From Myxococcota bacterium (GTDB taxonomy: Bacteria; Myxococcota; SpSt-1050), in assembly GCA_049969675.1 (NCBI GenBank), contig JBMFOP010000005.1:7184-56720 (forward strand): a stretch of 49,537 bases of DNA. Reading direction: 5' to 3'. The position numbers were made by a program, and so were the translations under genes. Positions 29,411-39,416 of this stretch are shown here, in pieces. The notes under the pieces are model-generated. The model did not search any database, was not told the DNA's origin, and saw nothing but the letters and a program-made list of their open reading frames with translations. How positions within the stretch are numbered: position 1 is the stretch's first letter; every line of letters begins with the position of its first letter.

Positions 29411-30589
29411 TTACTTCCCTTTGAGTTGAGGGACTGATTTTGGAACAGTAGTTGTCCTGGGCGAAAATTTCGGTACGCTCTTCTTAAAGGCATTATCATC
29501 GTCATCATCATCAGAGCTACTTTTAGGTAAAAATAGACCTTTATTCTGTGTTGGAGAATATGATTTAACAGACTCCTCTCTCATAATCCTGTCGCCACTA
29601 TAGGAATTATCATTGTAATTGGTACTCCCTCCCTTATAATTGTATAAAGAGTTAGAATTTTTGTGAAAGTGATTAATCTGTGGTCCAAATTTGTTGTAAT
29701 GATAATCTTTATCAGGAGTATTAAAGCTTCCAAGTGGATAATTATATCTTGGTGCATTTGAGATATTAGACTTGAATGCAGGTAAATTTTTTTGAGGTTG
29801 TTGAGATGGCATTATACCTTTATTGAACCCCGAATCCTTTAATCTACCTATATCCCCTATTTGAGTCTTAAATTCTGGTTTATATATTTCAAATCTCCTC
29901 TCCTTTGGTCTATATACATTTAGAGGCTTATTAATAAATTCTGTCTTGATAGGTTCAATCTTCTTATTTGAATACTTCTCCACCTCACTCTTCGGTGGCC
30001 CATAATTCTTATAGGAGCTATCATCCTCCCTGGGGATATATTTATGAACACCTGAAGTATCACCGAAGATTTGAGCTCTCTTATCCATTGGAATTGCATT
30101 GTGTTGATATCTGCCAGAATCTATCTGTGAGCTCTCAATGACTATCCACCTCTCATATACAACCGGTGAGTAATAATCAATATAGATGAACGACGGATAG
30201 TATGGATACCAGCCTATATAAGGTCCACATTGAATCCATACTACCCAGTGGGGCCTCCAGATGGTGCCTGGCACCCAGACCCACCCATAATATTCGTCAT
30301 AAAACCATCTACCATAATGAAATGGTGCCCATCCCCATTCAAAATAACTCACCCATATCCATCCATACTCTTCGGACCACTCCCATCTACCGTAAGTGTA
30401 AGGTTGCCATCCAGGCCAGAGACCTGCTGGTCTGAAGACCCAGACTCCATAAGTATCAAGATAGATCCAATCACCATAAGGTGCAAGGGAATCATAGAAT
30501 ACTCCAACTTCTGCATAGACATCTGAAAAGGCAGATACGGGTAAGAAAAAATAAGCCATAAAAATTGCCAATAAAATAAATCTTTTCAT
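29411..30589 (-). CDS. Secreted Trp/Tyr/Gly-rich DUF6600-like protein with low-complexity tail
   Basis: Signal peptide; FYDSLAPYGDW, PYTYGRW, WGWAPFHYGRW, GWVWVPG. Confidence 0.75.
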   Translation of the reverse strand: MKRFILLAIFMAYFFLPVSAFSDVYAEVGVFYDSLAPYGDWIYLDTYGVWVFRPAGLWPGWQPYTYGRWEWSEEYGWIWVSYFEWGWAPFHYGRWFYDEYYGWVWVPGTIWRPHWVVWIQCGPYIGWYPYYPSFIYIDYYSPVVYERWIVIESSQIDSGRYQHNAIPMDKRAQIFGDTSGVHKYIPREDDSSYKNYGPPKSEVEKYSNKKIEPIKTEFINKPLNVYRPKERRFEIYKPEFKTQIGDIGRLKDSGFNKGIMPSQQPQKNLPAFKSNISNAPRYNYPLGSFNTPDKDYHYNKFGPQINHFHKNSNSLYNYKGGSTNYNDNSYSGDRIMREESVKSYSPTQNKGLFLPKSSSDDDDDDNAFKKSVPKFSPRTTTVPKSVPQLKGK

Positions 30590-30667
30590 CCTCCCACCTC
30601 CATAACTATATTATTTTAGCACCAATTATCTATAATTGCAATAGGGTCATTCAACTTGAGAAATCAA

Positions 30668-30916
30668 TCAAAATCTTACCTTAACTGGATAATTATATTC
30701 ACTTCTATCATCTCCACAGCCTAATTGTCCATATTCATTACTCCCCCAGCACCAGAGACTGCCTTCTTCTATAATGCCACAGGTAAAGGCAGAGCCGGCA
30801 GCGATGCGAGATATATTTTCCTCTGTTCTAATCTCTTCTCCTTTCTGCTTTTCTTGAGAACAATTGAAGGGCATAAAAATTTATAATATAATGATAAAAT
30901 ATAACATCCTTCTCAT
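30668..30916 (-). pseudogene. RCC1-repeat lipoprotein remnant
   Basis: MRRMLYFIIIL*IFMPFNC has an in-frame TAA (30883-30881) in the signal peptide. Only one RCC1 repeat remains (AAGSAFTCGI...LWCWGSNEYGQLG). Confidence 0.7.
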
Positions 30917-31025
30917 CTTCCTCCATAATTTCTAATACTCATAGGTTATCGACCTATGTCTATAAAGCTATATGGGCTCTATATCAGTCAAAAATTGTTA
31001 AAAATAAAAAAGTGGATTAAATGAA

Positions 31026-31302
31026 CTGCTATCCAGAAGAATCTGCTTTGAAAAAAATATCTCAAATTCTCCCCAACAACTAAAATCACTTTGCTACTTT
31101 TCAACCTTCGTCTCCTTTACAACCCTGTAAAAATCATTCTTTGAAAATATCTATAGAATATGCCTTACATAATTCATAGTTTTGTTTAGAGATACCTGCT
31201 ATACCTACTCTTAGGGAGCCCCCTTTCTGGGTTTTGCCTGATAAAATAATTTTTACCCTATCAAGTTTTCCTTATCTAAAAAAATTATTTTTGACTTATA
31301 TG
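31026..31302. mobile_element. Degenerate MITE/IS remnant (A end at 31026, degenerate B end near 31280-31302)
   Basis: ctgctatccagaagaatctgctttg; internal minus-strand FSKNDFYRVVKETKVEK* (31147-31094) resembles 41003-41053; aaaaattatttttgacttatatg. Confidence 0.45.
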
Positions 31303-31394
31303 ATTTTTGACTGAAGTGAATTCAATGAATAATTATAAAATTTTTTATTTGAAACTTTTTCTATTGGTTGTAATCTAAACAGGAGGAGGCTTAT

Positions 31395-31814
31395 ATGAAG
31401 GATAATTGGAAGTCTTATTTAGGAATTGCTCTGATTATTGGGGCATTCGTAGCATTTAATGTATTCTATAAAGGACCCTCCGATGAGGAGTTTGAAAAGG
31501 CGGGAGTAAAGATATTAAGTGAGTCTAATTATCAAACACTTATGTCTGATGTAGATAGACCTGTAATAGTTTTATTTAAAAGCAAATCCTGTAATGTCTG
31601 CAAAGTATTCTCTCCAAAATTTATTGATTTTGCAAAGAAAAATATGGGAAAGGCAGAATTTCTGGTTGCAGATTATAACAAAATAGATTTTGATAGATTC
31701 AATGTAATGGCATTCCCAACTACGAGGGCATATTATCAGGGGAAGATTATAGAAGAATTAGTAGGTAATGGTTCACTCTCCCATTTTCAGAAGATTATTG
31801 ATGGGGCCAGATGA
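31395..31814 (+). CDS. Membrane-anchored thioredoxin-family protein
   Basis: N-terminal TM, CNVC active site, AFPT cis-Pro loop. Confidence 0.8.
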   Translation: MKDNWKSYLGIALIIGAFVAFNVFYKGPSDEEFEKAGVKILSESNYQTLMSDVDRPVIVLFKSKSCNVCKVFSPKFIDFAKKNMGKAEFLVADYNKIDFDRFNVMAFPTTRAYYQGKIIEELVGNGSLSHFQKIIDGAR

Positions 31815-31816
31815 TT

Positions 31817-32575
31817 CTACTTAAATGGAACTAAAAATCTTTTATTGTTTATCTCATTTACCCCCACATAGACATCCACACCAAAAGTGTTTTTAATAAT
31901 GTTATAAGTTAGAACCTCTTCAACTGTCCCGTATTTGACCATCTCACCATTCTCAAGCAGTAATATCTTATCACAAAATTGGGCAGCAATATTCAGGTCA
32001 TGTATTGAGGCAACGACGATCCTCCCATTTTTAGATATATCCTTTAATATACGAGAGACGCTTACCTGATGTTCTATATCCAGGCCTGAGAGTGGTTCAT
32101 CAAGTAAAATAATGTCAGACATCTGTGCCACTCCGCGAGCTATCATTACCTTCTTTCTCTCGCCACCAGAAAGAGTAAGTATACTCCTATCCAATAACCC
32201 TTTGAGTTCAAATAACTCAGTTATCCACAAGAGTCGCTTCTGCTCCTCTTCATTTATCCTTCCAAAGAATGTCGTATAGGAGTTTTGAGACATTTTGAGT
32301 ATCTCGCTAACTGAAAAACCGAATATAATACTGCTCTCCTGTGGCACATAAGAGATAATCTTCTTCCCATTTTTCCCTCTCAAAGAGGTCTGATTGAAGA
32401 GAATTTCACCAGTGAGATATGGGAGTATACCGGCGATGCCCTTTATCAGAGTTGATTTTCCAGAACCATTTTTACCAATTATTCCAACAAAGATATTTTG
32501 CTCAATTTCAACATTGATATTTTTGATTACATATTTATTGCCATAACCACCGTACAGATTTTGAATCTTTAGCAT
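31817..32575 (-). CDS. Iron-chelate/cobalamin ABC transporter ATPase (FepC/BtuD-like)
   Basis: GKNGSGKST, LSGGE, LLDEP, HDLNIAAQFCD. Confidence 0.9.
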   Translation of the reverse strand: MLKIQNLYGGYGNKYVIKNINVEIEQNIFVGIIGKNGSGKSTLIKGIAGILPYLTGEILFNQTSLRGKNGKKIISYVPQESSIIFGFSVSEILKMSQNSYTTFFGRINEEEQKRLLWITELFELKGLLDRSILTLSGGERKKVMIARGVAQMSDIILLDEPLSGLDIEHQVSVSRILKDISKNGRIVVASIHDLNIAAQFCDKILLLENGEMVKYGTVEEVLTYNIIKNTFGVDVYVGVNEINNKRFLVPFK

Positions 32576-33567
32576 CAGATTGTCTCTCCTCTACCTCTGA
32601 AATAGTCCTTCAAGAGAAAGATAAAGATAGGTCCGCCAATAATTGCTGTTACTGCGGATATAGGAGGTTCAAAACCATACATACCCGATATTAATCTACA
32701 CATAAGGTCTGCAAAAATGGTAAATGCCCCACCCGCAACAAACGAGAGCGGGAGTAGATATCTGTTGTTAATAAGTCCGAGCGACCTCAACCCCTGTGGG
32801 ATGATGAGTCCTATAAATCCTATCAGTCCGCTCATTGAAACTACAAGCCCGGTGATTACTGAAGTGTATATAAACATTCTGATTCTCAGGGCGTTTACAT
32901 CTACACCAGATGTCTGAGTTACTTCATCACCGAGTGAAAGCAGATTTAATCTCCCCGACTCAACCACTATTAAAAGACTAAAAATCATTACAACAAGACT
33001 CTCTACTGCGATATCCTGTATATTAAAATAAGGTATATAACCTGAGAGCCATAGAGTAACCTTTTGAAGCTTTATAGCTGGAATAAATGCCTTAAATATT
33101 GTGACCACCGCGGAGACAAAACCATTAAAGATTACACCTGTCAAGAGCATATTTATGGGGCTAAAACCACCCTGCTTTCCATTGATGTAAAGTAATAAGA
33201 ATATTGAACCCAATGCCCCACCAAAAGAGAATACCCTTACACCAAAAACAGAATCAAAAAGATATGTTCCAAATATTATACCTATGGTGCCACCAAGTAC
33301 TGCACCTCCAGAAACTCCGAGTAAAAATGGCTCAGCGAGTGGATTTCCAAGAATGGCCTGAAGTGCCACACCACATATTGATAGTGCACCACCTGTCATA
33401 AGCGCCGCGATAACCCTCGGCAATCTAATATTTATCAGTTCCAGACTGCTGACATCCACTGCAAATAATGAACCGGTGCTACCAAGCAACACACCTGCAA
33501 ATACAGAGAGCAGCAAGAAAACACAAATGGAGATAATCACAAGTACAGTCTTTTCTCTACTTCTCAT
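32575..33567 (-). CDS. FecCD/BtuC-family permease
   Basis: IRLPR, NPLAEPFLLGVSGGA, LGDE...GV, GLIGFIGLIIP, IGGPIF. Confidence 0.92.
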   Translation of the reverse strand: MRSREKTVLVIISICVFLLLSVFAGVLLGSTGSLFAVDVSSLELINIRLPRVIAALMTGGALSICGVALQAILGNPLAEPFLLGVSGGAVLGGTIGIIFGTYLFDSVFGVRVFSFGGALGSIFLLLYINGKQGGFSPINMLLTGVIFNGFVSAVVTIFKAFIPAIKLQKVTLWLSGYIPYFNIQDIAVESLVVMIFSLLIVVESGRLNLLSLGDEVTQTSGVDVNALRIRMFIYTSVITGLVVSMSGLIGFIGLIIPQGLRSLGLINNRYLLPLSFVAGGAFTIFADLMCRLISGMYGFEPPISAVTAIIGGPIFIFLLKDYFRGRGETI

Positions 33568-34280
33568 CTGTCTTTACAGCACCTGAAGCCCACTCCAGAC
33601 AATCTTACATCTGGTGGTTGATATCTATTTTTTTTACAGGAGAGTGTATCCTCATCATATCCAGAATTTGAAAAACCTCCCCCTTTTACGAGTTTAAGGT
33701 TCTTTGAGGAATCAGTTCCATCTATCCACTCCCAGAGATTTCCTGAGAGGTCCATCACTCCATAGCCGTTGTCACATCTATTAAGATACCCGGATGGCAG
33801 AATGGTCAGTTGATTTCTCTTCTTATTGTACTCAAAACTGTTGCAAAGGTCTTCATTATATTCATTCCCATAAGGATAATTCTGATTTTTTGGACCTGAG
33901 CAGGCAAAGTTCCACTCCTCCTCTGTGCATAATCTCTTACCAGAATTTTTACAGGCTATCTCTGCCTCAATCCAGCTTATATTATCAGTTGGTGTAATCC
34001 CTTTTGCTGCACGGGCATAGATCTTGTCTTTTAATTGGGACCTATCAAAGATATTGCCCGGGAAGAATTTTCCATCTTTCTTTATAACCGACTCAAATTT
34101 TGGGGCATACCTATAGGGTTTACCATCCTTTGCATAACCTATAATATAATTTTCATACTTATCAATACAGAATGATTTTGACCCCTTTTTGAGTTCCACC
34201 ATCTCATTAGGACAACTTGCATCTTTACAGGAAGTTAATATAAACAGATGTAATAACATAAATACACTTAATACTCTCAT
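33564..34280 (-). CDS. FGE-sulfatase (SUMF1-fold) domain lipoprotein
   Basis: LTSC lipobox; CPNEM, FCIDKYE, KRLCTEEEW, DLSGNLWEW, GFRCC. Confidence 0.85.
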   Translation of the reverse strand: MRVLSVFMLLHLFILTSCKDASCPNEMVELKKGSKSFCIDKYENYIIGYAKDGKPYRYAPKFESVIKKDGKFFPGNIFDRSQLKDKIYARAAKGITPTDNISWIEAEIACKNSGKRLCTEEEWNFACSGPKNQNYPYGNEYNEDLCNSFEYNKKRNQLTILPSGYLNRCDNGYGVMDLSGNLWEWIDGTDSSKNLKLVKGGGFSNSGYDEDTLSCKKNRYQPPDVRLSGVGFRCCKDR

Positions 34281-34385
34281 TGAATAGACTCCAGAAATTA
34301 AGGCAATAATAACAGCAAGCATATTTTTGTCAAAAGAATTTGGTTTTGATACTGGTATTTTCTATTTAAGATATATTGCAGGATT

Positions 34386-35504
34386 TTATGGAAATATGGA
34401 TTTGGGGAATTTGTTGAGATTCTTGATTCCGTTTTTCTGAACTACCACAAGGTCTTCTATCCTAACTCCACCAATTCCATGATAATATAATCCCGGCTCT
34501 ACAGACTGAACCATACCTGTCCTGAGATATCCCGGCACATTTGCAATTCTAAACGGTTCGTGAATATCAAGCCCAAGTCCATGCCCTGTTGAATGGAAGA
34601 AGCCCTGCATCCTGCCCTTAATAGGTCCAGTCTTATAGCCGAGTTGCTCAAATACTCCCTGAACCGCCTTATGCACATCAGCAAGCAGCACACCATCCTT
34701 TATCATTGATAGCGCCTTATTTTGAGCTGTAAGTACCGCATCATATAGTTTTAGCAGTGCCTCTGAAGGTTTCCCCACCACAAAGGTACGGGTCATATCT
34801 CCAAAATACAATGTCTCCATTGAACGTGGAAAGATATCTACAATGATAGATTCATTCGGCCTTATTGGACCGGAGCCCTCATTGTGCGGGTCTACTGCAT
34901 CATTCCCGCAGGCAACGATTGTATGTGCACCGACCATATTCTTTTCCATAAGGAATAGATTTATTTGCTTTTTAAGATACTCAGATGTCACACAGGTTCC
35001 ATCAAAATATATCCGCGTCCCTCTGATGTTTGACTCTTTGAGGATGTATGCAACCTTTCCCATCGCCTCTTCTGTAATCCTCTGGGAATGGGCTATCTTC
35101 TTAATCTCATCCTCTTTCTTAAAAGCCCTCTCCGCAAAGAATGGGTCCGATACTATGTTGATCTTAAATCCCTTTTTAGCAAGATATGAATAAATTAGTG
35201 ATGGAAAATTTGCCGGCACCTCAAAGGATTTCATCTTAAACTTATTGAGTAGATGTTCAATGATGACTTCAATCGGAGGCATTGTATTTTTATCTATATC
35301 CGATGCAATCTTTGAGAGCGAAAGGACCTCTTCTACCTTTGACTGTTTCTTTGCTCTATCTATCTCCAGATCCGTCATTACCATATACCTGACGCCGTTT
35401 CTAACAATCAATAGAAATGGGTCAGGAGCCATAAAGGATGTTGCATAGTATATATTTGAATCTGTCTCTGGACAGGCGTACATTACATAGCTTCTTTTAT
35501 TCAT
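34386..35504 (-). CDS. Xaa-Pro aminopeptidase (M24B)
   Basis: DMTRT, HSTGHGLGLDIHE, EPGLY, GGVRIED. Confidence 0.92.
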   Translation of the reverse strand: MNKRSYVMYACPETDSNIYYATSFMAPDPFLLIVRNGVRYMVMTDLEIDRAKKQSKVEEVLSLSKIASDIDKNTMPPIEVIIEHLLNKFKMKSFEVPANFPSLIYSYLAKKGFKINIVSDPFFAERAFKKEDEIKKIAHSQRITEEAMGKVAYILKESNIRGTRIYFDGTCVTSEYLKKQINLFLMEKNMVGAHTIVACGNDAVDPHNEGSGPIRPNESIIVDIFPRSMETLYFGDMTRTFVVGKPSEALLKLYDAVLTAQNKALSMIKDGVLLADVHKAVQGVFEQLGYKTGPIKGRMQGFFHSTGHGLGLDIHEPFRIANVPGYLRTGMVQSVEPGLYYHGIGGVRIEDLVVVQKNGIKNLNKFPKSIFP

Positions 35505-35521
35505 TATTTCCCTCCAGAATT

Positions 35522-35752
35522 TTATGCGAGCATTACTTTCTTTACCTTATCTCCAAACTTCTCCTTTAATGCCTCCTCCACCCCATATTGAAGTGTCATA
35601 AGTGCACCCGCACAGTGTGCACAGGCACCCTGTAGTTCTACCTTGACAATTCCAGAGCTCTCCTCATAATCTACAAACTGAATATTTCCTCCATCCGCGA
35701 CCAGAAATGGCCTGATCTTCTCTTCAATGTACTTTTTAATCTCTTCTTTCAT
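35522..35752 (-). CDS. NifU C-terminal (Nfu) domain Fe-S carrier
   Basis: IRPFLVADGG, LQGACAHC, TLQYGVE. Confidence 0.9.
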   Translation of the reverse strand: MKEEIKKYIEEKIRPFLVADGGNIQFVDYEESSGIVKVELQGACAHCAGALMTLQYGVEEALKEKFGDKVKKVMLA

Positions 35753-35816
35753 TACACACCTCCTTGGTGTCTAATATTATACTATTTTGATAAAATCCAT
35801 TAAAAAAAGATCTAAA

Positions 35817-37850
35817 TTACTCCTCTGCATCCATACAGCATCTAAATCCATAATATGGGGACTTCTTTGAACCAGACTCAACCTTCCGGGATGCACATCT
35901 CACAGCCCATGCAGGCTTATTTACATAACCTCCCTTAACTCCCTTTGCACCGCCCTTCATATATACCCATTCTGCCACATTTCCAGACATATCAAATATT
36001 CCATATGTGCTCTTGCATCTACTAAACTTGCCAGAAGGTGCAACATTTCTATCCTCACCTGAATCACTCTCAGCATTGCAGGCATTGGGGTCAAAATTGT
36101 TATCATAGGGATATTTTAACATTGAGAGACCTTTGCACGCCCTCTCCCACTCCTCTTCAGAACAGAGCCTTTTACCAATTGAGCCACACAACTTATCTGC
36201 CTCATCAAAAGATACTGAGGTCTTTGGGATCATACCCTTTTTATTCGGGAATTCATATCTATCTATACAATATGAATGTGTACTGACACTGACAAATGCC
36301 AATTCATCGGGCTGTCTCCCTTCATCAGCAGGTACTGAACCCATCTTGAATGAGCCCGCAGGAATATAGACCATATCCTTCGGACAGGGACCTGACGCCT
36401 TTGACTTCTCTTTTGGTTCTATCTCCTCTTTCTCAGATTTCTCTTTTATCTTCTCATTCTCTTTACCCGTCTTTGACTCTACAACTCTCTTCTCCTCAAC
36501 CCTTGAAACAGCCTTCTTCTCCTGTATCTCCAGAACCCTATTCTGCTCCACTTTCTCTCTTACAACGATATCTTCATCTAAAACATCCTCTATGATAGAT
36601 GTATCCTCCAATACATCCGATATATTTGTTTCCTGAGCAGCATCAAAGATATCCTCCAATTTAGAAGTATCCAGTAGTAATATAATAGGTATCTTCTCCA
36701 TATTAGCAGCAAAAAATCTATCTTTAAGCAAAAGTGCAGCAGTAATCAATATTGATAGAAACAAGATTATAACAATTAAAGATAAAATCCCCTTTTTGGA
36801 ACTCTTTTTCTCTACCTTATCATCAGATTTTACCTGTGTCTCACTCATCTTCTTTTTGATATGTGTAAACTTCGTCTCTACGGCTGATATGTTCTGGTGA
36901 TATTCATCTCTAATACTCTGAGGCAGATCATTGTAGATAGAGAGGGCATCAAAGAGCTCGGCATTAAATTCATTGATATCGTTATGTCTTAAGAGGGGGT
37001 CTTTATTTGTCGCTTTTATAATGATATCTTTCAACTTTTTATCAATGGTCTCATTGTACTTGAATAGAACAGCCTTGTTTACATCTGATTCTTCAGAGCC
37101 AGAAAGCAGTGTCAATAAGATCCTTCCACATGAATATATATCACTTCTATATGAAGGTTCATTACCCTCAAAGATCTCCGGTGCAAGATAGATGTTTGAT
37201 TTGTCCTCTTTTAATTGTTTAAGGCAGTTTGAGAGAGGGATATAGTTTAATATTGTGGTATCTGTGAGCTTTATATAATCTGGTTGAATGATGATATTTG
37301 AAGGCTTAAAATCCCCGTGACAGATGGTAGGATGCATCTCATTTAGTATCTCACCCATCTGGAAGAAGAGAGGTTCAATCTCCTCAAAACTAAATGGTTT
37401 ATTGACCTCTGTCCTGAGTTTGATGGTGTTTTTAAGAGACATCCCGTAGATAAATTTCATACTCACATAAACCCACCCCTCAACAGAGATGTCTGCATCA
37501 AAAATTCTGACAAGATTGGGGTGAGATATATCCTTTATCCCTCTTATACCCCAGACAAGGCGGGACATCTCATCTTCATTTTTAAATATAAAGGGTTTAA
37601 AGACCTTGATAGCCACACCGGTATTAGTCGCCTTATCTATGGCATAAAATACCTGTGCAAATGTCCCCTCCCCTATAAAGCGGGTGATAAAATATCTCTC
37701 ATTAAATGTGCTCCTGATTTGAAGGAGTAGCTTTTCAGAATCAATCTTCAGCCTAATAGAACCTGAACTCCTAACCTGAAGAGGCTCCTTACAGAGACTG
37801 CAATACTCTGAACCATCAGGATTATAACTGCCACACTTCTTACAGAGCAC
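35817..37850 (-). CDS. Zn-ribbon / atypical Ser/Thr kinase / TM / FGE-sulfatase fusion protein
   Basis: CKKC...CSLC; GEGTFA, AIK, HGDFKPSN, LAPE; TM; CPKDMVYIPAGSF...DMSGNVAEW...GFRCC. GTG 37850 follows GGAGG. Confidence 0.82.
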   Translation of the reverse strand: MLCKKCGSYNPDGSEYCSLCKEPLQVRSSGSIRLKIDSEKLLLQIRSTFNERYFITRFIGEGTFAQVFYAIDKATNTGVAIKVFKPFIFKNEDEMSRLVWGIRGIKDISHPNLVRIFDADISVEGWVYVSMKFIYGMSLKNTIKLRTEVNKPFSFEEIEPLFFQMGEILNEMHPTICHGDFKPSNIIIQPDYIKLTDTTILNYIPLSNCLKQLKEDKSNIYLAPEIFEGNEPSYRSDIYSCGRILLTLLSGSEESDVNKAVLFKYNETIDKKLKDIIIKATNKDPLLRHNDINEFNAELFDALSIYNDLPQSIRDEYHQNISAVETKFTHIKKKMSETQVKSDDKVEKKSSKKGILSLIVIILFLSILITAALLLKDRFFAANMEKIPIILLLDTSKLEDIFDAAQETNISDVLEDTSIIEDVLDEDIVVREKVEQNRVLEIQEKKAVSRVEEKRVVESKTGKENEKIKEKSEKEEIEPKEKSKASGPCPKDMVYIPAGSFKMGSVPADEGRQPDELAFVSVSTHSYCIDRYEFPNKKGMIPKTSVSFDEADKLCGSIGKRLCSEEEWERACKGLSMLKYPYDNNFDPNACNAESDSGEDRNVAPSGKFSRCKSTYGIFDMSGNVAEWVYMKGGAKGVKGGYVNKPAWAVRCASRKVESGSKKSPYYGFRCCMDAEE

Positions 37851-37872
37851 AACCTTCCTCCAAAACCTCAAA

Positions 37873-38238
37873 TCAGGTAATAAGAGTTGAAATCCGATTT
37901 ACATCCAGTCCATAAGGACAATCATCAATATTATAATTGACATTACTCTTCAAAATACTATACAGCGTTGGGTCACGGGAGAGGCGCGTAGAGAGTTCTG
38001 CACCATCATACTCTCCTTTCTCTCTCTTCACGATGGAGCACATATTACAACAACTGCATCTTCCAGCCTCATATATTTTATTTATCTCTTCTGCTCCAAG
38101 GACATCAATCTTATCTGATTTAAATCGACTGATAAATTTCTCTCTATCACCCCTTTTTACAAATAGATATTTGAGCATATGAATAGCAAAGAGAAATCCT
38201 AAAATAAAAATTGATTGTATCTTCTTAAGCAGACTCAT
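37873..38238 (-). CDS. Small membrane-anchored protein with Cys cluster (possible Fe-S)
   Basis: N-terminal hydrophobic helix; CSCCNMC and CPYG. Confidence 0.5.
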   Translation of the reverse strand: MSLLKKIQSIFILGFLFAIHMLKYLFVKRGDREKFISRFKSDKIDVLGAEEINKIYEAGRCSCCNMCSIVKREKGEYDGAELSTRLSRDPTLYSILKSNVNYNIDDCPYGLDVNRISTLIT

Positions 38239-38279
38239 AAATCCCAATTATATGCTATAACCCAGAATTTTCAAATTTT

Positions 38280-39416
38280 TTACTCCTCACCCATAAGAGT
38301 AATATTTAGAACTTTCTCGGCATTCCTGTAATACAACTTCTCAAGAACCTCGTCCGGCAGATTGATTGCATCTATCTTCCAGTCTCCCTGAACAGGAGTC
38401 ATATGCTCCATCTGATATGCATCCGTCTCAAAATATTTATAATGTTTTCTGTAAAATTCTATTGCGTCTTCATCATCGGGCTCTGGCTCAAAACCCTTTG
38501 AACCGAGCCAGAGGCTATCAGAATAGATTCCGATATCTGTCCCAAATAATATCCTATCCTGATATTTTATGAAGAAGTCGTGCATCTTCTGTGCGTTGTG
38601 TCTCCCAAACTCCGGCACCCTTGCAGCAATATCTATATAATAATTTGGATATTTATCAAGCATACTCCCTACAAAGTCGGGATTCTCAGCATAATTCCCA
38701 AAATGAACACCTATAAAGACTGTCTCAGGATGTCTTCTTATAAGATTCTCAAATTGAGAGATCAACTCCTCAAATGTTGGATAATCATTTCCATAAAAAG
38801 ACCAACCCGGATGGGCAAGTAACTCAATATATCTTTCATTGTCGGGTGTAGGTGGTTTGAAGAATGCCACAGGGTCTGCTGAATGAATGGAGACTGGAAG
38901 TCCAAGCCTGCCACACTCCTTCCAGATGGGGTCCAGTATCTCCTCATCCACTCTAAGTAATCTACCATCACTATATCTGATACCGAGTCCCAGAGATTTA
39001 AATATTTTTACTCCCTTTGCCCCCATCGCCTTTGCCCTATTAAGATTACGAATATTTATCTTTTGAAAGAGCTCTGGATAGTCCACATAATACCAGTTGA
39101 GATTTACATAATTTATTATCCTGTTCCTGGTCATATTTGCAAGGGTCTGCATCATCTCAAAATCATATCCGGGGATTCCCCCACTCAGATTCACAAGCCT
39201 CCTTATCCCGGATAGATCCATAATCCTTATCGCCCTGTCAAAACCATTATATCCAATATGGGCGTGCGCATCTATTCTATATTTTATTCTTGAAAAGCTT
39301 GAAGAAGATAACTTAGTAGAGTTAATAGGATTTTTATGCTCTGAATCTCTAATACAGGATAAAAAAGGGGATAGCGTTAGAAAGATAAAGAGAAATGCAA
39401 GATATTTAATCTTCAT
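38280..39416 (-). CDS. Amidohydrolase-2 family lipoprotein
   Basis: FLSC lipobox; IDAHAH, GVKI, SIHSADP, GVHFG, ILFGTD. Confidence 0.85.
   Translation of the reverse strand: MKIKYLAFLFIFLTLSPFLSCIRDSEHKNPINSTKLSSSSFSRIKYRIDAHAHIGYNGFDRAIRIMDLSGIRRLVNLSGGIPGYDFEMMQTLANMTRNRIINYVNLNWYYVDYPELFQKINIRNLNRAKAMGAKGVKIFKSLGLGIRYSDGRLLRVDEEILDPIWKECGRLGLPVSIHSADPVAFFKPPTPDNERYIELLAHPGWSFYGNDYPTFEELISQFENLIRRHPETVFIGVHFGNYAENPDFVGSMLDKYPNYYIDIAARVPEFGRHNAQKMHDFFIKYQDRILFGTDIGIYSDSLWLGSKGFEPEPDDEDAIEFYRKHYKYFETDAYQMEHMTPVQGDWKIDAINLPDEVLEKLYYRNAEKVLNITLMGEE

Noticed and set aside
33564..36400. Diversity-generating retroelement targeting the two FGE (C-type-lectin-fold) domains
   Set aside because: No reverse transcriptase and no non-coding template repeat differing at adenines was seen in the window.
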